Part shown: piece by piece, positions 55,547-64,000 of the stretch | How positions within the stretch are numbered: position 1 is the first letter of the stretch | Layout of the letters: every line of letters begins with the position of its first letter | Assembly: GCA_902385225.1 (NCBI GenBank) | Contig: CABMEU010000029.1 | Span: 41,065-105,064, forward strand | From: an uncultured archaeon | GTDB taxonomy: Archaea; Iainarchaeota; Iainarchaeia; Iainarchaeales; JAAZKV01 | Length of the DNA stretch: 64,000 nt | Direction: 5' to 3' | Notes under the pieces: model-generated | The model's input: only the letters and a program-made list of their open reading frames with translations | Told to the model about the DNA's origin: nothing | Database searches by the model: none | Made by a program: the position numbers and the translations under genes

Positions 55547-56364
55547 TGTGTTTGTCTCCTTAGTATTTGTTTTAGGCGCCGGTTTGTTAATTGGTGAACC
55601 CTCATTTTGTCAAGTTGTATGCAGTTTCTGCCAAAATACATTGTGGGGATTTTAAAAAGCAAAGTAATCTCCGAGTGCTGGTCGCCAAAGCTATTGTTTT
55701 TTGCATAATCTAACAGAATCTTTCTCTCATTTGGAAAAGAACTTACATTGTTTTTTCCTCTGGTGCCGGGTGCAATTATTCTCTTTACTGTCAGGTAAAT
55801 CTCTCTCATTGACCGGTTCTCAGTTCTGATAATCTTATAGGGACCGCTGCAGATTTTTGGCAGCTCGTGCAAGTAAAAATCTCTTACGTGCTTGAGGAAT
55901 CTCTTTGATGTCCAAGGGAATTCCATTCTTTTTGAGCTCTTCTTTCGTCTTGCGATGCTTGATTTTGGAGAAGTATCAAAAATTAATACTAATTCAAACG
56001 GGTAGCGCGCCAAGTCCCTTTCGTAATCTCTTTTTACTTTTGAATATGTTTTGCTGTTATTGCATTTATCAAAAGCATATGAAAAAGCCAAATTACAGTA
56101 AAACGACCTGTCTAATAATAAATTCTCGGTTGACGGGCAGTATTTTTGAATAATTCTCATTCGCTGAACCCATTTCTTGTGGAATAATCTGCTCTGGGCC
56201 GAATTTGACATTCCTTTAAGCGATTCGCCGGGGTCAGTATGCATTTCCGGCAAAATATTATACTTGCCAAAATATGATTTTGCTAATTGGAATAATATGG
56301 TGGATTTGCCTGTTCCTGGCAGTCCTTCAAAAACAATCATAAAAACACCTTTGGTTTTTCGCAA
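55543..56364 (-). CDS. Deoxynucleoside-kinase/thymidylate-kinase-like P-loop kinase
   Basis: FEGLPGTGKSTIL Walker A. LLLDRSFYCNLAFSYAF resembles the dNK ERS(xx)S..F motif. Translationally coupled to the 518-aa radical SAM gene. Confidence 0.6.
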   Translation of the reverse strand: MRKTKGVFMIVFEGLPGTGKSTILFQLAKSYFGKYNILPEMHTDPGESLKGMSNSAQSRLFHKKWVQRMRIIQKYCPSTENLLLDRSFYCNLAFSYAFDKCNNSKTYSKVKRDYERDLARYPFELVLIFDTSPKSSIARRKKSSKRMEFPWTSKRFLKHVRDFYLHELPKICSGPYKIIRTENRSMREIYLTVKRIIAPGTRGKNNVSSFPNERKILLDYAKNNSFGDQHSEITLLFKIPTMYFGRNCIQLDKMRVHQLTNRRLKQILRRQTQ

Positions 56365-56594
56365 TATTTTTTTGAGTTCAGACCTGAATTAGCTAATGAA
56401 TTATTGTCTATACGCTAAAGGCATTCTTTGGCAACCAGGCTAAGCACTAACTTACGTATACTATGAATATCTTTGGAGTTTTAAATATTTTTGGTTCATG
56501 TTTTTGGAAATGCGGAGCTATTTTTGTTTCTCTTCTTGGTGTTGTATTTATTTGCCAAGTAGTTCTTTTATACTTCTTTTTTCATACTAAGCTG

Positions 56595-56693
56595 CATGCT
56601 TGCCGATAATAATTTTGTCCTGGATGCAAATGAGTCTTGGGGCGGCTCATACGGCCCGGTTTTTAACGGCGCCGCGGGATATTTTACTGGATG
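56595..56693 (+). CDS. 32-codon mini-ORF duplicating the promoter/start and the 3' end of the pilin-like gene at 61462-62802
   Basis: Peptide MLADNNFVLDANESWGGSYGPVFNGAAGYFTG. Nucleotides 56566-56597 are 30/32 identical to 61433-61464 (TATA-like element through the ATG). Nucleotides 56631-56678 are 48/48 identical to 62740-62787 (C-terminal ESWGGSYGPVFNGAA). It is in frame and ends at tga. Confidence 0.35.
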
Positions 56694-56769
56694 ATAATGC
56701 GAATTTGTGTTTTTGGTCAATAATGAAATTATTTTAAGCGTATTGTGGCGGATAATGGTTGTTGGTTTA

Positions 56770-57276
56770 ATGGATTTTTTAGAGCTCGCGAAGAAAAGGT
56801 ATAGTGTGCGTGGATACAAGCCGCAAGAAGTTGAAAAAGAAAAACTTGATTATGTTCTTGAGGCTTTTCGAATGGCTCCGACCGCATGCAACTTGCAGCC
56901 GTTTAAATTATTTGTGATTAAAACCAAGGGAAAAGAAAAAGCTCTTGGCGAGATTTGCGGTTCGTGGAAGTGGTTTACTGAGGCTCCGCTGCTGCTTTGC
57001 GTTTGTGCGCTTCCCAAAAAAGCGTGGTCGCGCGCTGATGGAAAGAATTATTCTGACGTGGATTGCGCAATCGCGTTTGATCACTTGGTGCTCGCAGCTA
57101 CAGAGAAGGGTCTTGGCACCTGCTGGGTGGCAAAATTTAATGTTGCTAAGGCAAAAGAATTGCTTGGAATTAAAAATGATTTTGAGCCGATTGCTTTTAC
57201 TCCGCTTGGATATCCTAAAGTTGAGGCGGGAAGGAAAATAAGAAAACCCGTGGAAGAGTTAGTTGAGTTTCTCTGA
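56770..57276 (+). CDS. Nitroreductase family protein
   Basis: MDFLELAKKRYSVRGYKPQEV and PTACNLQPFKLFVIK. The start is trimmed to MDFLEL. Confidence 0.8.
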   Translation: MDFLELAKKRYSVRGYKPQEVEKEKLDYVLEAFRMAPTACNLQPFKLFVIKTKGKEKALGEICGSWKWFTEAPLLLCVCALPKKAWSRADGKNYSDVDCAIAFDHLVLAATEKGLGTCWVAKFNVAKAKELLGIKNDFEPIAFTPLGYPKVEAGRKIRKPVEELVEFL

Positions 57277-57317
57277 TTAATCTTTTAGTTGAGAAAATAA
57301 ATATTGGGCAATAAAAA

Positions 57318-58679
57318 TTAAGAAAATAAATACTCTTTTGCCTCTTTAAACACTCTTACAATATTAAATGATTTTATCAGCATAAAAGAAACATGCCGGG
57401 TGCTTTTGAAGAACAAAAGGCTAGTGTATATTGGCAGCGTGTATGAAATTACTGTGGCAAGAGCCGCCCCGTTGATTCCGTAAAGCGGAATGAGAATCAA
57501 ATTCAGAATTATATTTGTCACCGCTCCGAAGAATGAGATAAAAAACAAAGTTTTCAATTTGTTCTCATTAATAAGATACTTTTCCAAAATAAACTTTACC
57601 GATATTGCAAGAGCGCTCCAAACAATAATTGAGAGGGTGAATCCTGCTGAGAGATATTCGGAGCCGTATAAAACATATATTATAAAGTCCGAGAAGAAGA
57701 AAATTGGGACCATGAATAAGAATGGCGCCCAAGTCATTAAATCAAAAACTTTCTGCAAGCGAGAGTGGTAAATAATAGCTGATATTTTCTTTGACCTGAC
57801 TAGGGTCGGGAATACCGAAACGCTGATTAATCCCGGGATAAATACAAACAACTCGGATATTTTTACCGCCACCGAATAAAGTCCCACTTCATAATCATTC
57901 ATCATAAATCCAAGCATTACCTGGTCGATTCTTAGATAGATTATTACCATCGCGCCCGAGAAGATGAGCGGCCAGCTGGATGAAATCAGTCTTTTTGCCA
58001 AACCAAAATCAAATTTCCATAAGAACAAGCTTTGTTTGTCTTTAAAGTATGAGTAAAAAATAAAAGAGATTCTGACTATTGTGTCAAAAAGGCTCGCGAT
58101 TACAATAAATATCAGGCTGAAGTTCAGAAGAATAAATACTATCTTAAGCAGATTGGAAACAATAAGCCCGCCGGTTCTTGAAATCACAATTGTTTTTGAC
58201 TCAATTTTTGATTCAAACCAAAATGAGGGCAGGTCAAATGCGGATATAACATAACCTAGCGAGAATACAAATACCACCCAGAACGACAGCATATCAAGCG
58301 GGCGGAGAATCAGAATGAACACGCACATTAATGCCATTGAAATAGTTCCTGTGATGAATTGAATCCAAAAAGTTGTTCCAAATAAAACGTTTCTCTTTTT
58401 TGGAAAATTAATGAGTTCGCGGACAAGTATTGATGAAACCCCCAGTCCCACAAACGGACCAAAAAGAGAGGTAAACGCAATCGCAAAATTCATCAGTCCA
58501 AAATCGCTTGGTCCAAGGTATCTTGCAACCCAAAGCCCGACCAAAAGTGACACTACTAGCTGCAGTATTCTGTCGGCGGTCAGCCAGCTTACGCTGAAAA
58601 CTATTTTTTTCAGCTCGGGGCGCAAAAACAGCTTCTCTTTTACGAAAAGAATCTTTCCCACTATACCTTTTTTGGCCAT
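57318..58679 (-). CDS. Wzx-like MOP-superfamily oligosaccharide flippase (polysaccharide biosynthesis protein family)
   Basis: About 12-14 transmembrane helices. N-terminal ...LVGLWVARYLGPSDFGLMNFAIA matches the ARyLGpxxyG signature of Polysacc_synt proteins. Confidence 0.65.
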   Translation of the reverse strand: MAKKGIVGKILFVKEKLFLRPELKKIVFSVSWLTADRILQLVVSLLVGLWVARYLGPSDFGLMNFAIAFTSLFGPFVGLGVSSILVRELINFPKKRNVLFGTTFWIQFITGTISMALMCVFILILRPLDMLSFWVVFVFSLGYVISAFDLPSFWFESKIESKTIVISRTGGLIVSNLLKIVFILLNFSLIFIVIASLFDTIVRISFIFYSYFKDKQSLFLWKFDFGLAKRLISSSWPLIFSGAMVIIYLRIDQVMLGFMMNDYEVGLYSVAVKISELFVFIPGLISVSVFPTLVRSKKISAIIYHSRLQKVFDLMTWAPFLFMVPIFFFSDFIIYVLYGSEYLSAGFTLSIIVWSALAISVKFILEKYLINENKLKTLFFISFFGAVTNIILNLILIPLYGINGAALATVISYTLPIYTSLLFFKSTRHVSFMLIKSFNIVRVFKEAKEYLFS

Positions 58680-58730
58680 AATTAAATGAGCTATAATAAG
58701 ATATAAATACTCAGTTAGTACAAAGTAAAT

Positions 58731-59417
58731 TTACTGTTTGAAGACATAAAGAAATACTGCGCCTTTTAGTTCAATAGGAAGCCAGAACAGAAGAGCTTTT
58801 TTTATTCTTGAATTAGGGTGGGAAACATAATAGCTGTCAAGTTTTAGCCCCGCTCTTCTTGATAGTTCAAGAGCCAAAGAAGGCGTGACCCATGAGATGT
58901 GCTCAAGGTTTGCCACTACCGTTCCCTCAGCAGGAATTCTAAGTATTGTTCCTATAAAATACGGGTTTGGGGTGGAGACTAAAATCTGCCCGTTTTTCTC
59001 AAGATGCCTTTTTGCAAACTTCAATAATTTAACCGGGTCATTTACATGCTCAATAACGTCCCCGATATTTACAATATCAAACTTTTCGCCAAGATATTTA
59101 TCTGACGTCGCGTCGGCAAACATGCAGTTATACCCCTCTTTTTTCAGATAACTAATTAGCTCTTTATTAATATCAATTCCAAGGCAGTACTTCGCAAGCT
59201 TGGATATTTTTCTGTGGCTCCATGAATCTGATTTAATGTGGGCTATTGAGTGCTCGCAGATTCCAATATCTAAAACTCTTTTTCCCTCAATTTTCTTTAG
59301 AACCAGTTCCTTAAGATTTCCTTTTTTATTTATTATTCTGTGCGCAAGCAGATATTCGTGCGCTTTATCAGAATCCGATTTATCAAGCGGATTATTGCTC
59401 TTGTCTGCCCAGCTCAT
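58731..59417 (-). CDS. Class I SAM-dependent methyltransferase
   Basis: VLDIGICEHS motif I, then DIVNIGDVIEH. Confidence 0.65.
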   Translation of the reverse strand: MSWADKSNNPLDKSDSDKAHEYLLAHRIINKKGNLKELVLKKIEGKRVLDIGICEHSIAHIKSDSWSHRKISKLAKYCLGIDINKELISYLKKEGYNCMFADATSDKYLGEKFDIVNIGDVIEHVNDPVKLLKFAKRHLEKNGQILVSTPNPYFIGTILRIPAEGTVVANLEHISWVTPSLALELSRRAGLKLDSYYVSHPNSRIKKALLFWLPIELKGAVFLYVFKQ

Positions 59418-59538
59418 AGCTGAATAAACAAAAAACGAATTTAAATAGCTTTCTTCAAAATTAATCGCACTTAATTAGGTGCCTATTCGGTTGCTCGCCT
59501 GCGGATAGAAATAAATTCTCATCCGCGAAATAGTCTTC

Positions 59539-60540
59539 TTATATTTTAGGAATGTAAAATGTGCATTTCTCGCACACTTTTGGAATAGTTCCATTTTCAA
59601 ATCCAGCCAAGATAGAATCATACTTTTCTGAGTTAAATGCTTCCTTCAGAGTCATCTTTAGAATATTTCCAACAATTAATTCATCATCAAAAGTTTTCAA
59701 CACTCTGCATCCGCACGCCCTTATGTTTCCGTTCGGGAGAATTGAGAATCCAAATAAGTTCTGGCAGGGGTATTTCTTAATTTTTGGCGCGCCGCTCATA
59801 GTTTGAAATCCAATAAGGTCCTTCTTTGAAATAGACCCTCCCCAGTTATCATATGCCGTCAAATAATCCATTTTGAATAGGCCCTTCTGGTAATATTCCC
59901 AAAAAGGGGTTTTTTTCATATCTTTTATGATTTTATTAAATTCCCTCATGGGTCTAAACGAAAGCTGGATATTGATTTTCTTATTTCTTTTTATTAATTC
60001 CAAAATGGCATCTAATTTCTGCCTGCACTGCTCCTCTGATACTTGAAACACTTTGGATTCATACAGGGGGATTACATCAGCCACATCAATTAGTATGGTC
60101 TCAAGTTTGGAACTGAGGATTTTGTCAATATTATTTTTAATTAAAAATCCGTTTGTGTAAAAAGAGCAGGTCATTTTGTTTTCGTAAATATAATCTATTT
60201 TCTCAAATAATCCATTGTCAAGCAGCGGTTCTCCAATCATGGGTGTTAAGCCGATGGAAGTAATTCCCAGCTCTTTAAATTCATCAACAGCTTTTTTGAA
60301 TATTTCAAAAGGCATGATTCCTCTTTCGCTCTCAATGTGCCGATTAGCGCAGAATGTGCAGTTCGCGTTGCAATAGGTGGATGGGAATATTCCTCCGCCA
60401 AGGAGCTCTTTTTTGTATTTCTTTCCTGTTGCCAAAGCGGTTATGCTTTTGCAGTCCTCAATGATAAACTTATTTTTATAATATATTTTCTTCGCATTGC
60501 AAAAATTATATTTTAAAAAGTCGGATATTTCTTTATTCAT
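59539..60540 (-). CDS. Radical SAM enzyme with a Cys-rich, SPASM/twitch-like C-terminal region
   Basis: YCNANCTFCANR (CX3CX2C) and a C-terminal CQNLFGFSILPNGNIRACGC...CEKC. Confidence 0.7.
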   Translation of the reverse strand: MNKEISDFLKYNFCNAKKIYYKNKFIIEDCKSITALATGKKYKKELLGGGIFPSTYCNANCTFCANRHIESERGIMPFEIFKKAVDEFKELGITSIGLTPMIGEPLLDNGLFEKIDYIYENKMTCSFYTNGFLIKNNIDKILSSKLETILIDVADVIPLYESKVFQVSEEQCRQKLDAILELIKRNKKINIQLSFRPMREFNKIIKDMKKTPFWEYYQKGLFKMDYLTAYDNWGGSISKKDLIGFQTMSGAPKIKKYPCQNLFGFSILPNGNIRACGCRVLKTFDDELIVGNILKMTLKEAFNSEKYDSILAGFENGTIPKVCEKCTFYIPKI

Positions 60541-60642
60541 TTTGAAGCACTTCCATGCAGGGTTTAATCACATTCAGCCGGTATCAGTTAAGAATTAATT
60601 GAATAGTGTAATTATTTAAACAACAACTAACTACTATGTGTC

Positions 60643-61332
60643 GTGAGTTTAATGCTGGCAAAATTACAAAAAGCGACAGATAAAGTATTCTCAGTGCTCT
60701 CTGATTTAAATCACGCAAATATATATTACTCGCAGACTGGGGAAGATATAATATTGAGGGATATTTTTTGGAAAAAAGATAATGGGTTTTATGTGGATAT
60801 TGGGGCTCATCACCCGAAAAGATTCTCCAATACTTATTTATTGTATAAAAAGGGGTGGAGCGGAATTAATGTTGATGCTGATAAAAGAAGCATTGAGCTT
60901 TTCTTGCGGCACCGAAAAAGGGACATTAATTTGAATTTGGCGGTTTCGGATAAAAAGCGCGAGTTGGAATTCTTTGAGTTTAACGACGGGGCAATAAATA
61001 CTTTTTCGCAGGAAGAAGCAAAAAGAATAGCGCTGTCAAGAAAAGAAACTCCTAAGAAATATTCTCTTCAAACAGTCACTTTGAAGTATTTGCTTGACAC
61101 CTATCTTCCAAAAGACAAAAATATTGATTTGCTGACAATAGATATTGAGGGATTTGACGAGAAAGCCCTTAAATCGAATGACTGGAAAAAGTACAGGCCG
61201 AATTATATTCTCGTGGAAATGTTTGACAGTCCGTTCAAAAAAGAACACAAGTCAATAATTAAATTACTTGAAAGAAACGGATATGAGTTTTACGCGAAAA
61301 CTAATATAACTGCGATATTCAAAAGAAAATAA
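60643..61332 (+). CDS. FkbM-family methyltransferase
   Basis: FYVDIGAHHPKRFSNTYLL...GINVDADKRS matches the FkbM DIGAN.G core. Confidence 0.65.
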   Translation: MSLMLAKLQKATDKVFSVLSDLNHANIYYSQTGEDIILRDIFWKKDNGFYVDIGAHHPKRFSNTYLLYKKGWSGINVDADKRSIELFLRHRKRDINLNLAVSDKKRELEFFEFNDGAINTFSQEEAKRIALSRKETPKKYSLQTVTLKYLLDTYLPKDKNIDLLTIDIEGFDEKALKSNDWKKYRPNYILVEMFDSPFKKEHKSIIKLLERNGYEFYAKTNITAIFKRK

Positions 61333-61461
61333 ACGCGCCGTCCAAGAAGTGCCGGTGGTTAATGCAAGTTCTCCTAAGAATAAGTCCTGTTCTTGGCGTG
61401 ATAAACTCTCAAAATAGTTTTGCGGGTAGATATTTATACTGCTTTTTTCATACTAAACTGC

Positions 61462-62802
61462 ATGAATACATTTAGTTTTCGGGCGCAGGGTACCGCCGAG
61501 TACTTGGTGATAATAGGGGTAATCGTTGTTATTTCCCTTGCGGTAATTGGGCTGTTAAACTCCCAATCAACTTCTATTGAAAGTGTTTCAGGAAACTCTT
61601 CTCAAGTAAAGCAAAAAATCGGGGTTTATGGGGTAAGTATTGTTGATGCTATCGGGGGGCTGGATGAGAACGGGCTGCTCGTTTTGAGTAACACAAGCGG
61701 AGAGAATTTCACTGTGACAAATATTAATGTGGATGGGGTGGATCATGAATATTCTAATTTGGTTTTCTCTGGAGAATCAAAGCCATTCAAATTGCAGAGC
61801 ATTCTTGCGTGCGAGGGCGCCAGCAGAAATTATTCCATAAAAATTTATTATACGAGCTCCACCGGACTTGAGAAAGTGGCTGATTTTGATAAAATATCTA
61901 TTGACTGTGCCTTAGCTGTGACTGGAAATACAGTTTTTGTTGAAGAGGGTTTGGATTTTACTCCCCCTTCAATTAATTTGTATTCTCCTGCGGATAATAA
62001 TTCAATATCCTCCGCGGACAGCAATGTTGAATTTATTTTCAGTTCCGACCAGGATACGAACGCATGCTATTTGTATGTTCAGGACGAGGGGGTTTGGAAT
62101 ATTGCGGATCAAAATCTCTCAACGGTTCTTGCGGACAGTAATTACTATATGGACGCGAACATTGCATATTTTGGGGAAGGAGATCATTATTGGGATGTGA
62201 ATTGCACTGATACTAATGGTCTTGTGGGAACGGCGGCTGATAGAAACATTAATTATACCGCGCCGGTAGTACAGGGAGCTTCTTTTACAAATCTTCTAAC
62301 AAATCCAGGAATGGAAACTGGCACTTACACCGGGTGGACGCCGAGCATAACTGCGCAAGTTGCGGGGGCATGCACTTGGAACGGGCTTGTTCTTTGCATT
62401 GACACTGGTCCGCTGTATGAAGGAAATTATAGTGTTCGTTTTAGCTATAATCCCGCAACGCTAAGCCAGGAAATTGATTTGGTTTCAAAGGGTTATGCGG
62501 CAAATTATCTTGACACCTCTCCTGATGTGAATATCGTGGATCATGTTATTGGATATTTTAACACTTCAGATTATTACCGGCTTAAAGTGGAATTAAGAAA
62601 CTCAAGCCATGGTGTGATAACAAGTTACAACACGGGGATTCTGACTTCCTCAGGAAGCTGGGCTACAATAAATTATTTATTCAGCGGTTATGCGTCCGGA
62701 CTGAGATACATTTATTTTGAGAGATATGGTGATGATGTTGAGTCTTGGGGCGGCTCATACGGCCCGGTTTTTAACGGCGCCGCGGTTTATTTTACTGAGT
62801 GA
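61462..62802 (+). CDS. Secreted surface protein with a class-III (archaeal type IV pilin-like) signal peptide, rich in N-glycosylation sequons
   Basis: MNTFSFRAQGTAEYLVIIGVIVVISLAVIGLL fits the Class_III signal-peptide pattern (QxxAEYL plus a hydrophobic stretch). The mature domain of about 410 aa carries many N-x-S/T sites (NTSG, NFT, NYS, NNS, NLS, NCT, NYT, NSS and others). The track ORF starts 42 nt upstream at 61420. Confidence 0.65.
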   Translation: MNTFSFRAQGTAEYLVIIGVIVVISLAVIGLLNSQSTSIESVSGNSSQVKQKIGVYGVSIVDAIGGLDENGLLVLSNTSGENFTVTNINVDGVDHEYSNLVFSGESKPFKLQSILACEGASRNYSIKIYYTSSTGLEKVADFDKISIDCALAVTGNTVFVEEGLDFTPPSINLYSPADNNSISSADSNVEFIFSSDQDTNACYLYVQDEGVWNIADQNLSTVLADSNYYMDANIAYFGEGDHYWDVNCTDTNGLVGTAADRNINYTAPVVQGASFTNLLTNPGMETGTYTGWTPSITAQVAGACTWNGLVLCIDTGPLYEGNYSVRFSYNPATLSQEIDLVSKGYAANYLDTSPDVNIVDHVIGYFNTSDYYRLKVELRNSSHGVITSYNTGILTSSGSWATINYLFSGYASGLRYIYFERYGDDVESWGGSYGPVFNGAAVYFTE

Positions 62803-62838
62803 ATTTTCTGGCTAATATTTTTTAGCTGATTAATTATC

Positions 62839-64000
62839 TCATTCGTATCGTAGTGCTTCCACTGGTCTTAATTTTGATGCGGCTCTTGCGGGCATTATGC
62901 CTGAGAGGATTCCGACTACTGTTGAAAGTAGAATTGCGACTATAACAAGTTCCGGTGTAACAAGCGTCATTGTTCCTCCTCTGGCACCCGGAATCGCAAT
63001 TATTCCTATTGAGGACATTCCAAGCGAGGCAATCCACCCTATAATTACTCCTATTACTCCTCCAAAAAATCCGAATAAGCCTGATTCAAACAAAAATATC
63101 ATAAGCACTTCGTTATTCTTTGCTCCGAGGGCTTTTAGTATCCCGATTTGTTTTGTTTTCTCAAGCACTGAAGTGAACATGCTGTTTGCTACTCCTATCG
63201 CTCCAACGATGAGCGAGATTGCGGCTATTGCGCTTAGGAACAGCGTGAGTGTGCCTGTTACCGAGCTGACTTGTTCTTTTATCGCAAGCGCGGAAGTTAT
63301 TGTAAAGTCCTGGCTTTTTTCATTTACTTTTCTTGAAAGGAGAAGCATATCTGTGAGGGTAGCGGTTGTTCCTTCTACTACATCCGCAGAGATTGTTTTT
63401 ACTTGTATTGTGGAGTATTCGCCGTAATTTATATCCGCTGAGAGCACATTCCATGCTGATGTCTGGCTCATGATGATTGTTCCGTCGCTTCCCCCGCCGC
63501 CCATCCCTGAGCCTGATGCTTTTAGTATTCCTACTACTACGAATGGCTTGTCCTCAACTATCAGCTGTTTTCCGACAGTGATTGGCTGTTTAAACATTGA
63601 ATTTGCTACGCGGTCGCCGATTACAATTCCAGAAGCATCGCTTGTTGTGAGAAATCTTCCCGCCGCGAGTGTTGAACTTGAGATATCGGGCCAGGTAAGT
63701 GGATTGACTCCTTCAATGCTCGCATTTACTTTCTCCGCAAGGAAAACAACCGCGCCTCGTCCTGAAACTATTTCATTTACTGATTTGACATTTTGGTCTG
63801 AGAGAATAACTTGCGCGTCTCTCTTTGTGAGTGTGGGTGTCTTGGTTGTGGTTGAAGTGCTTCTGGTTGTAGTTCTTCCCCCGCCGGCTATATCAAACCC
63901 GCCTTCTCTAAAATTCCCCCCAAATCCTCCTGCTCTGCTGTAACCCGGACTTATTGTTATAACATCAGCTCCGAGGCCGGAGAGTTGCGCGTTAACACTT
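62839..64000 (-). CDS. FtsX/MacB-like ABC transporter permease (partial; 5' end beyond the window)
   Basis: The C-terminal four-TM bundle ends IMPARAASKLRPVEALRYE, the FtsX-family signature. The reading frame stays open upstream to the window edge. Confidence 0.6.
   Translation of the reverse strand, partial: SVNAQLSGLGADVITISPGYSRAGGFGGNFREGGFDIAGGGRTTTRSTSTTTKTPTLTKRDAQVILSDQNVKSVNEIVSGRGAVVFLAEKVNASIEGVNPLTWPDISSSTLAAGRFLTTSDASGIVIGDRVANSMFKQPITVGKQLIVEDKPFVVVGILKASGSGMGGGGSDGTIIMSQTSAWNVLSADINYGEYSTIQVKTISADVVEGTTATLTDMLLLSRKVNEKSQDFTITSALAIKEQVSSVTGTLTLFLSAIAAISLIVGAIGVANSMFTSVLEKTKQIGILKALGAKNNEVLMIFLFESGLFGFFGGVIGVIIGWIASLGMSSIGIIAIPGARGGTMTLVTPELVIVAILLSTVVGILSGIMPARAASKLRPVEALRYE

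Noticed and set aside
56568-56819. 83-aa minus-strand ORF spanning the mini-gene and the nitroreductase start
   Set aside because: It overlaps two better-supported plus-strand features and has no motif. It is likely a chance frame.
1-64000. CRISPR arrays, integrases, transposases, rRNA
   Set aside because: I looked for regularly spaced direct repeats and for integrase/transposase-like ORFs across the window and found none. The only repeats are the pilin-gene terminus duplication and short reiterated motifs upstream of ftsZ.

Overview
The window is AT-rich and almost entirely coding. It looks archaeal and is most consistent with a small-genome, DPANN-like archaeon. The evidence is a set of archaeal/eukaryote-type informational genes, all recognised from motifs visible in the sequence: TFB, a single-fold histone, Hef helicase-nuclease, FEN-1, RNase HII, ScpA/ScpB, ribosomal protein L40e, diphthine synthase, a Y-family DNA polymerase, an EndoIII-like glycosylase, and the CysRS, LeuRS and Trm5-like enzymes. 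FtsZ, a form-III RuBisCO with an adjacent rubrerythrin, thioredoxin reductase, glutaredoxin, adenylate kinase, a UbiA-family prenyltransferase and one tRNA-Glu(UUC) are also present. There are no CRISPR arrays, integrases, transposases or rRNA genes.

Two loci stand out.

(1) 109-5221: a divergently organised cluster. On the minus strand it encodes two translationally coupled RimK-family ATP-grasp ligases and a DUF1704/QEGLA-type HExxH metallopeptidase-like protein. On the plus strand it encodes a RimK-associated retropepsin-like DTGA protease, a GNAT acetyltransferase, a membrane protein, and a 74-aa LysW-like zinc-ribbon protein with a long poly-acidic C-terminal tail. None of the LysZ/Y/J/K biosynthetic enzymes that normally accompany LysW are present. 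I read this as a candidate carrier-protein or C-terminal-tail amino-acid ligation and removal system, a writer/eraser pair, that is not described in archaea.

(2) 52918-63600, directly downstream of the tRNA-Glu: an unusually radical-SAM-dense surface-modification locus. It has three radical SAM enzymes, one of them ATGA-coupled to a deoxynucleoside-kinase-like P-loop kinase. It also has a nitroreductase, a Wzx-like flippase, two methyltransferases (one FkbM-type), and a sequon-rich secreted protein with a class-III (type IV pilin-like) signal peptide. The promoter, start codon and last 20 codons of that secreted protein are duplicated 6 kb upstream as a 32-codon mini-gene.

Several long non-coding regions (44021-44654, 47957-48393) contain repeated motifs and strong hairpins.
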